Source: a virus. Taken from it: a DNA stretch of 64,000 nt. The stretch covers positions 32,031 through 96,030 of IMG/VR virus record IMGVR_UViG_3300037119_005846; one strand, 5' to 3'. The notes beneath the pieces are model-generated. The model made no database searches. It worked only from the letters and a program-made list of their open reading frames with translations, and had not been told where the DNA came from. This document shows, piece after piece, positions 33,998 through 42,000 of this stretch; position 1 is the stretch's first letter, and the number at the start of each line of letters is the position of its first letter. Both the position numbers and the translations under genes were made by a program.

Positions 33998-34612
33998 ATG
34001 ACAGAGACACAGACCACCACGCCGGCGGCGGCGAACCCTCTGACCGCCGCGCAGGCCGACTTCATCGGCGGCCTCCTCGACGAGCGCGAGGGCTTCACCC
34101 CCGGATTCGAAGTTCGAGTCCGCGAGGGCATCGCCACCTGGGCGATCGACAAGACCAAGGCGAGCGAGATCATCGGCTGGCTGCTCGAGCGCCCAAAGAG
34201 GGCGAAGGCGACCGGCCCCACCTACACCGCGATCCTCGCCGATGACAAGCTCGACATCCCCGCCGGCCACTACGCCGCGACCGTTCCCGGCTCGCACGAG
34301 CCGCTCTCGTTCTTCCGGGTCGACCGGCCGACCGAGGGCAAGTGGGCGGGCGCGACGTTTGTCAAGCACATCGTCGGTGGACACCCGGACTACCCCGTCA
34401 AGGGCGCGGCTGCGCAGGAGGCGTTGAAGGCGATCAACGACGCCGGCATCGTCGCCAGCGCCGTCAGGTACGCCGCTGAGTTCCGTCGCTGCCTTCACTG
34501 TAACTTGCAACTGACCGACCCGATCAGCCGCGCGATCGGTATCGGCCCTCACTGCCGCAAGGCTTACGCCGGCACCGCACTGATCGCCGCCGTCCTGGCG
34601 GTCGGTCGGTGA
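33998..34612 (+). CDS. DUF6011-domain protein
   Basis: C..C...LTDP.SRA.GIGP.C. Confidence 0.8.
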   Translation: MTETQTTTPAAANPLTAAQADFIGGLLDEREGFTPGFEVRVREGIATWAIDKTKASEIIGWLLERPKRAKATGPTYTAILADDKLDIPAGHYAATVPGSHEPLSFFRVDRPTEGKWAGATFVKHIVGGHPDYPVKGAAAQEALKAINDAGIVASAVRYAAEFRRCLHCNLQLTDPISRAIGIGPHCRKAYAGTALIAAVLAVGR

Positions 34613-35484
34613 GCGTCGACATCGTCTGGGCGGCGCTGGAGAACCGGCGCCGCTCGGTCAACCTCCTTCGTGCCGTCGACTGCCTGCAGCCGGCGGCACT
34701 CGAGCGCGCGGCCACTGTCGCCCTCACCGGTGCCGCGGTCAGCGTGCTTGACGCAGTCGGCGACGGCATGCCCGACGACACCGTCGTCTGGCCGATCGTC
34801 GAGTCGGCATGGCCGTACGAGCACGTCCCCGCGCTGTTCGTGGCGACCGACCCGATCACAACCGAGTACATCATCACGTCCAACGACTACGGCATCCTAG
34901 ATGAGCCGTACGTCGACGTCAAGGAGCTGACGGCGCAGCTGATCGTTCCGCCCGGGTTCTACAGCCGCCAGCCGATGCCGGTCTACATGCGCGTCGAGGA
35001 CGGTCACCTCGAGAAGATCAACATCGATGCCGCGGACTACAGCCTCGCCGTGGACATCCATCCGGACGGCGACTCCACCATGAGCTGGATCCCGTGGGGC
35101 GAGAAGATGCGGACGCGCGGCACTGACTGGCGGATCAGCAAGTCGACGCGGCGACAGCGAGCACTGGTCCATGCGATCGCGACCGGCAAGATCATGCTCG
35201 CTGATCCCGACGGTATGACCAAGACTCAGCGACGGCGGCTGGAGCAGGCGAAGACGACACTGAAGATCCTTCGACCGGTCCGCATCGGTGACGCGCTTAA
35301 CAGTCCAACCGCACCTGTCATCCACCACCGCTCGCACTGGACGGCAGACGGCCTCGAGAAGCGAGCGATGTCGCTGTCATGGGCGAAGCAAATATGTGAC
35401 CGTGACCCGGTGATGACTTCATACAAGTGCCACGTCTGTGGCAAGATCCACGTCGGTCACACCGTTGAGACGATCGACCTCTAG
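34609..35484 (+). CDS. Hypothetical protein with a C-terminal zinc knuckle
   Basis: Y.CHVCG..HVGH. Confidence 0.7.
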   Translation: MSVDIVWAALENRRRSVNLLRAVDCLQPAALERAATVALTGAAVSVLDAVGDGMPDDTVVWPIVESAWPYEHVPALFVATDPITTEYIITSNDYGILDEPYVDVKELTAQLIVPPGFYSRQPMPVYMRVEDGHLEKINIDAADYSLAVDIHPDGDSTMSWIPWGEKMRTRGTDWRISKSTRRQRALVHAIATGKIMLADPDGMTKTQRRRLEQAKTTLKILRPVRIGDALNSPTAPVIHHRSHWTADGLEKRAMSLSWAKQICDRDPVMTSYKCHVCGKIHVGHTVETIDL

Positions 35485-35493
35485 GGAGATGAC

Positions 35494-36564
35494 ATGAAGA
35501 TACTCTGCACTGCGTTCAACAGCGCGGCGCTGACCGAGGCGACGCACCGGTGGCATATTCGTAATGCCGTCGGCGCCTACGTCGCCGCGCTGAGAGACCT
35601 CGGGCACGACGTCGACTGGCGACGCTCGACGATGGATGACGCCGATCTCGTGCAGACACGCCGTGATCAGTACGACGTCATTATCGCTAACGTCGTTCCG
35701 CCGCTCAGTCTCGTCGCGATCGACTGGATTCCAGTCGTCAGACTGATGAACGCGGCGACCGAGCGTGGCATCCCCGTGATCATGTCCATCGACGACTGGA
35801 ATACAGACAACGTGACCCGCCGCGTCGAGCGCAACGGCGAGAATCCGAGTCTCGTTCTCGGCAAGGACTTCCACGCGAAGCGCGCCGGCTACGAGTGGGC
35901 GATGGCCGATCACGACCGGTACGTCAGGATGTGCTTCGACTTCGCCGCGACCAAGTTCCCGACGCTCGTCTGCGCCTACGAGTTCGGTACTGCCGAGGGC
36001 TTCGCAAGGCTCGCGAGCCGGCTGCCGGGACGAGTGTACCAGTTGGACCCGACGCCGTACGTTCACCACAACTACTACCCGCAGATGCCCGCGAAGCGTG
36101 ACCGCGTGTGGGTCATGTCATCGCTCGCGTGTCATAACAAGTGGCTATCTGAGCACGAGTGGAAGTGGCCGGGCGAGTATTACCTGACGGTTGGAGAGAA
36201 ATGGCCGCCGCCACCCGGCTGGGAGATCCATCCGCCGATCAAGCAGCACGACATTATCGAGCGCTACGGCCAGGTCTGGGGCGTGCTCCTTCAGCCGTAC
36301 AAGAGAATGCTCAGCTCGGGCTGGTGGCGTGACCGGTGGGTGACTGCGACGAGATCAGGCACGGTACTGTATGTCGATCCGGCCGACGCCGGCCGATTGA
36401 CTGACCACAACTTCAGACGTGAGATTGGTGACATCGAGAACATGTCGACAGAGGACCTAGCGCGGCTGGCGAATCGTCAGCGTGAGGAGATCGAAGACTG
36501 GCTCTGGACTAAGGAGCGACTCCAGCGCGAGCTGTCACTCGTGCTCGAGCTGGAGTGCCGATGA
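35494..36564 (+). CDS. Putative GT-B glycosyltransferase (DNA beta-glucosyltransferase-like)
   Basis: MKIL, ALRDLGHDVD, YDVII, IDDW, Y...WGVL..PY, GWWR.R. Size and N-terminal pattern resemble T4 BGT. Confidence 0.55.
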   Translation: MKILCTAFNSAALTEATHRWHIRNAVGAYVAALRDLGHDVDWRRSTMDDADLVQTRRDQYDVIIANVVPPLSLVAIDWIPVVRLMNAATERGIPVIMSIDDWNTDNVTRRVERNGENPSLVLGKDFHAKRAGYEWAMADHDRYVRMCFDFAATKFPTLVCAYEFGTAEGFARLASRLPGRVYQLDPTPYVHHNYYPQMPAKRDRVWVMSSLACHNKWLSEHEWKWPGEYYLTVGEKWPPPPGWEIHPPIKQHDIIERYGQVWGVLLQPYKRMLSSGWWRDRWVTATRSGTVLYVDPADAGRLTDHNFRREIGDIENMSTEDLARLANRQREEIEDWLWTKERLQRELSLVLELECR

Positions 36565-36950
36565 CCGATCCGACGCCACCGTGGGAGTACGACGAAGTTG
36601 ATCGTGGCTACGAGACGGCATGTTGGATCGTTCGCGCGAAGAACAAGACTGGGATTCATCCTCGTGCTGGACTCACGAACTGGTTCTCGCGATTCCTTCT
36701 TCGTGGTGAGAAGGGTGTCTTCCAGCATCTCTGTGAGCAGTGGGGTGAGGTCAATTGCTGCGCTCGCTTGTCCCACATCGTGGTTGGCACGCAGTCATCG
36801 AATGCTAAGCACTGGCATCAGCTTCGTCGCGAAGCCGGTGTTGGCTTCTATCACATGCGCGGGCAGCGAAGAGTTCTCAAGACACGTCAATGCGAGGTCT
36901 GTAAAAGAGTCATTAGCCTCGTCAACTTTGAAAGGCACAAGTGTAAGTAA
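36561..36950 (+). CDS. HNH-like homing endonuclease (divergent)
   Basis: CWI, HLC....CC...SH...GT.S.N, lower GC than its neighbours. Confidence 0.6.
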   Translation: MTDPTPPWEYDEVDRGYETACWIVRAKNKTGIHPRAGLTNWFSRFLLRGEKGVFQHLCEQWGEVNCCARLSHIVVGTQSSNAKHWHQLRREAGVGFYHMRGQRRVLKTRQCEVCKRVISLVNFERHKCK

Positions 36951-38317
36951 TGACTTTCTCGGTCGTGGATGTCAACGGGCTCAATGGAAGTCTCAGCTGG
37001 GGAATGAACCAAGCTGGTGGTCGTCTGTTGTACCGAACGGGATACCTCGATCTCGGTCGAGCGATTGTCAGAGCGAACGCGCCACTGTGGGGCAATGATT
37101 GGCACGACTACATCGAACCGGGTGTCAAGGACTGGGAGGCGTGGTACCTAGGTGACCAGATGGCTGATGTCGTCGTAGCAGTCCCACCATGTAGTGGATT
37201 CTCCTTGCTAACTGGCAAGGGCTTGTCGCGCGGGACTGGGAACGCAGTTAACGCTGGTGCAGCTCATCCAATGAACTCGTGCATGTGGGAGTCTGCACGC
37301 TACGCCGCTCGTCACGCGCCGCAAGTGTACGTCTTCGAGTCGGTCACGGGCGCGTACCGTCGCGGCCATGACGTCATGCTCGGTCTCAGATCCGAGATCG
37401 AGCGGATCACCGGCAGGCACTACACGCTCACGCACTGGCTCCACGACTGCGCCGTGCTTGGATCGCCGACGTCTCGTCAGCGGTACATGTTCGTTGCCGT
37501 CCAGGGCGACACGCCGTTCTGCGTGACGCCGGTCGAAGAGTACGCGGTGAAGGAGCTGACTACGACGCGTGACGCGATCGGCGACCTCAGCAGCATGGAC
37601 ACAGGCGTTGGCTTGCGCCCCATCCCGTATCCGACGCTCGCCGGCGTGTTTGGTCGTCGTCTTCATCGCAAAGACAAGATGGTCGACGGTCACTACAACA
37701 ACACCGACCTTCGTCGTGATCGCGGGCTGGCGCCGCCGAAGTGGCATCACCAGGTCGATCAGATCGCCAAGACGCTGCAGGCTCACGGTAGCAATTGGCG
37801 TCAGGGCCAGAGCGAGCCGGACGCGCTGCGATGTCTCTACCAGGCGGCTGGCCTCGACCCGCTGGTCGCGATCGAGGGCGAGAAGCGCGCCGGCAAGTTT
37901 GTGCAGAACGACTTCAACCTCGGTGCGTACTTCGCGTGTCGTCTGATCTGGGACGCGCCGTGCGGCGTCATCTCCGGCTCCGGCGGCGACAGCTTTGTGC
38001 ACCCGGAGCATGACCGCCTGCTGACACACCGCGAGTGCGCCCGAATCCAGGGCTGGCCGGACGAGCTCGTGATCGAGTTCGACTCGAAGAAGTTCGGCAA
38101 GGAGCACCTCGGCGCGGTCTGGGGCAAGGCTGTGACACCGGTCGTGGCACGTCATGCTGCGCAGGAGATCGCAGCATGGCTCGAGCAGCCGGCCATGATC
38201 GGCAAGAACGCGGGCACGCTGATCGGTGATCGCGAGTACTTGATCGATGACCTCGAGCCGTCGCGCTTTCTGCGACGGATGTCGTCAGACCTGCGACGCA
38301 GGACTCTCGCTGCCTGA
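36950..38317 (+). CDS. Divergent DNA (cytosine-C5)-methyltransferase-like protein
   Basis: PPCSGFS (IV), FESV (VI), R.RYMFVA (VIII), RLLT.RECARIQGWP (IX), GKAV (X). Motif I is degenerate. Confidence 0.8.
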   Translation: MTFSVVDVNGLNGSLSWGMNQAGGRLLYRTGYLDLGRAIVRANAPLWGNDWHDYIEPGVKDWEAWYLGDQMADVVVAVPPCSGFSLLTGKGLSRGTGNAVNAGAAHPMNSCMWESARYAARHAPQVYVFESVTGAYRRGHDVMLGLRSEIERITGRHYTLTHWLHDCAVLGSPTSRQRYMFVAVQGDTPFCVTPVEEYAVKELTTTRDAIGDLSSMDTGVGLRPIPYPTLAGVFGRRLHRKDKMVDGHYNNTDLRRDRGLAPPKWHHQVDQIAKTLQAHGSNWRQGQSEPDALRCLYQAAGLDPLVAIEGEKRAGKFVQNDFNLGAYFACRLIWDAPCGVISGSGGDSFVHPEHDRLLTHRECARIQGWPDELVIEFDSKKFGKEHLGAVWGKAVTPVVARHAAQEIAAWLEQPAMIGKNAGTLIGDREYLIDDLEPSRFLRRMSSDLRRRTLAA

Positions 38318-38436
38318 CGAGGTATAGTCTCGGCAGACAGCCAGACGCTAGACGCAGACGAGGACGACAGACCGACCATCTACTGATCGCACAGGTCGTC
38401 CATGTCCAATCATGACGAGAAAGAGAGTCAGACGCG

Positions 38437-38787
38437 ATGCCACGCACCTTTAAGGGATATGTTCCCATCGAGGCTCCGAGTTTCGAGCTCGAGTCTCCCG
38501 ACGGCGCCCGCAAGATCACAGTCAACTGCATCGGCATGCTACCAGGATCAAGATTCCTTGACTTCCTCGCCAAGACCGGCGAGGACGACCCCAAGGCAAT
38601 GGTTGGCGCGGTGGACGAGCTGCTCCGAGCAGCCGTCCGACCCGAGTCGTGGGACGAGTTTAAGGCCTTCATCGATCTACCCGATAACGGAATCGGCATG
38701 GACATGCTCGGCGAGATCACCGGGTACATCGGCGAGCTGTACGCGCGACGCCCTACGGCGCCCTCGGAGCCGTCCTTGGCTACCTGA
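38437..38787 (+). CDS. Tail assembly chaperone (short form)
   Basis: Directly upstream of the tape measure gene, ends ...ELYARRPT. Confidence 0.8.
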   Translation: MPRTFKGYVPIEAPSFELESPDGARKITVNCIGMLPGSRFLDFLAKTGEDDPKAMVGAVDELLRAAVRPESWDEFKAFIDLPDNGIGMDMLGEITGYIGELYARRPTAPSEPSLAT

Positions 38788-39035
38788 GGGAGAACTGGTC
38801 GCCCCTAGCGGGCGAGTACTTCTGGCAGACCGGGCAGGATCTTCGCGACGAGCCGCTGCACTTGATCTTCGACTTCGGCTATGCCGCGCTACGACGGCAC
38901 GTTCTTCGCACGGAGGAAGAGGACAAGCAACTGGGCAAGCTCGACAGGCTGCTGCGCGACTCCGGCCCCCTGGACGTCGAAGTGATACCCGACTGGATGA
39001 GCCAGTACGAGATCAAGAAGAGCGTGCCGCGCTGA
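38751..39035 (+). CDS. Tail assembly chaperone -1 frameshift extension
   Basis: Open -1 frame of 94 codons from CGC-CCT-ACG to TGA 39035, with no RBS-supported start of its own. Confidence 0.7.
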   Translation, partial: PYGALGAVLGYLRENWSPLAGEYFWQTGQDLRDEPLHLIFDFGYAALRRHVLRTEEEDKQLGKLDRLLRDSGPLDVEVIPDWMSQYEIKKSVPR

Positions 39036-39050
39036 GGGTGGTGACATAGC

Positions 39051-42000
39051 ATGGCTGCCGAGGCTATCGGCACGGCATTTATTGTCATCAGAGCAGTCAC
39101 GACTCGTCTCGCCAAGGACATCCAGGACGGCATCGAGAAGGGCGCCAAGGACGCTGACGTCGAGAGCTCCGGTCGCGACATGGGCGACCGGATGGGCACG
39201 GCCGGCGGTGAGTCGTTCGGGGACTCGTTCGACGAGACGTCATCCAAGAGAGTAGAAGAATCCGCTGACTCTCCTGAGATGAAGAAGTCTCAGAAGAAGT
39301 TCAGCGACAGGTTCTTCGGCCGCTGGGGCGCGCACTTCAGTCAGGGCGCTGATGATGTAAGTGACACGTTCCGTGAGCGACTCAGTGTTGGTATGGAGCG
39401 GTCGGCCACGGACATCGACGTCGATCGCGCTGCCGGCACGTTCGGTAGTGACCTCGGCGACGAGGTGGGCAACGACTTTGACGCGTCGTTCTCCCGCAAC
39501 ATGCAGCACAACTTCAAGAACCGGTCGAACGATGACACGTTCGGCACGGGCTTCAGTGGGTTCGCGCAACGTGCTGGCAAGAGCTTGGCCGACGGCGTGG
39601 GCACCACGTTCCTCGACAGCTTCGTTGGCTTTGGTGACACGGTCGCCGGCGCACTGAACAGCATCAAGATTCCGGGCGGCTCGATTGCCATTCTGGCTCA
39701 GCTCGCGATTCCTGCTCTTGGCGGGGCACTGCAGTCGATCGGTGCGCTCGCTGGCTCGGCCACGGCCGCGCTTGGCTTCCTCGGCACGGCGGCGGCAGGA
39801 GCAGGCATTGGGTTCCTTGGCCTGGGAGCGGCGATCGCGCCAGCGTTCCTTCTGATCAAGGGAGCGTTCGGCGTTGAGTCGGACGAGCTCGACGCGTTCA
39901 ACGGGCAGCTTGATGACTTCAAGGAGAAGTGGGAGTCAGTAGGCCTAGCAACGCAGGAGACTCTGCTTCCAGCGCTGTCAGCGTCACTCGAGATGTTCGA
40001 GGCGCTCATCCCGACCTTTGAAAGCTATGGCTCGGTGATCGGCCAGGTCGTCGGCGACATCGCCTTCGGCGCCGCAGGTATTCTGACGAGCACAGAGAGT
40101 CAGCTGAAGCTCAGCAGTATCCTCGCCAATGGTTCGCAAGTCATACGGACACTTGGTGACGCCGGGGTCGACTTGATCGCGCCAGTGCTGACGATCCTCG
40201 AGGCGGCGATGCCGATCGCTCAGCAGCTCGCGGATGCGATTCACCGCGTCGTTCAGAGCTTCGCCGAGTGGATCGACATGAAGTCGAAGTCGGGCGAGCT
40301 TACGGCTTTGTTCCAGAAGTGGTACGACCGCTTCAAGCTGATCATGTCGATCCTCGGCAACCTCGGCAGCGCGCTGGCTGATGTCTTCGGAATCGGCGCT
40401 GACTCTGCCGACGGCATGTTCAAGACTCTTGATGCAATCACCGAGAAGTGGGCTGAGTGGACGAACTCCGACGAGGGTCAAGCGAAGCTGACGACCTTCT
40501 TCGAGAACGCGAGAAAGATCTCGGGTGAGATCTTCGGAATTATTGGCGACATCGGCAAGCGCTTGTTTGGTGGGATGTTTGACCCAAAGGGCACGGATGG
40601 TCTTTTGGGCTTCTTCAAGACCATCCGCGAGGTATGGATTCCCGCACTGTTCGATTTCGGCGGCATGATCAAAGACCAGCTCGGTCCAGTTGTCGGTCAG
40701 GTCTTTGGCGTCATCACTGATCTGGTCAAGACTCTCACGGAAAACCCCGAGCTCGCAGGCGGCATTATAGGAGTCCTCGCCTCGAATTTCGTCTTGCTCG
40801 TCGCTGCGCTCAAGGGTCTCAACGCCGTGCTTAACACGGAGTTCGTCAAGAAGTGGGGCCCTCTGATCCTGAAGATCCTCCTGTTCGCGAAGATCGGCGC
40901 GACGCTCTGGCCTATCGTCAAGAAGATCATTAAGGTGTTCCAGGGCCTCGAAGCGGTTCTGGGTGCGATCTTCTCGCCGATCGGCCTGGTCGTCGCCGCG
41001 GTTGCTGCGCTCATCGCCGGCATCGTTCTTCTGTACTTCCACTTCCAGCCGTTCAGAGACTTCGTCGACCGCAACATCATCGACCCACTGCAGCGACTAT
41101 GGGACAGAATCGGTGGGTTCAGAGGGATCATTGACTTCTTCAAGGAGTTGCGTGAAGCCTTCAAGACAGGTGGGTTCGGTGGGGCGGTAGACTTCCTCAG
41201 CGAGCAGCTAGGAAATCTGCTCGATGACATCAAGGAGTTCTTCGCCGGCCTTCACATCGACTGGGGTGGGGTCTGGGACACTCTCTTCGAGGGCGCTGGA
41301 GACATCGGTGAGCAGCTCAGTGAGTGGCTGCAGACTGGTATTGACTGGCTCTCCAAGAACTTCCCCAAGATCGCCAGGACGATTGGGAAGATCGCCGGCA
41401 AGGTGCTTCTCGCTATCGTGGGGGTACTCACCCTGATCGTGCGAGCGATCGGGCCAGCGATGCTGACACTTCTCAAGAGTCTGCCGAGGATTCTCCAGAC
41501 TTTGGTCGAGGGAGCATTCCAGTTCCTGATTGGGATCCTGGAGGGTCTGGGTCTTCCCGAGGGAATTGTCAACTTCTTCGAGGGAGCCTTCGGCTTCATC
41601 ACCGATGCGTTCCAGATCATCACGGACTACGTCACTCGTCACATCGAGCGTGGCATCCGGATCGTCACAGACATCATCGGCTTCTTCAAGGCACTCTTCA
41701 GCGGCAACTTCGGCGAAGCCTTCGGCAAGATCGTCGACATTGTCAAGACAGTCATCGAAGATGTCATTGACCAGCTCTTGACGTTCGGCAAATTGATCTG
41801 GTTCGCACTCAAGAACAGTTTCAGCATACTGAAGGATGTGGGCTCACTCCTGCTGGGTTTCGGGCATGATCTCATCAACGGGCTGTGGCAAGGCATCCAG
41901 CGCATCTGGGACTCCACTATCCTGCCATTCTTTAAGAATCTTCCCGGCAACATTCTTAGCGCGATAGTGAGCGTCGGAAACTGGCTCCTGGAGACTGGCA

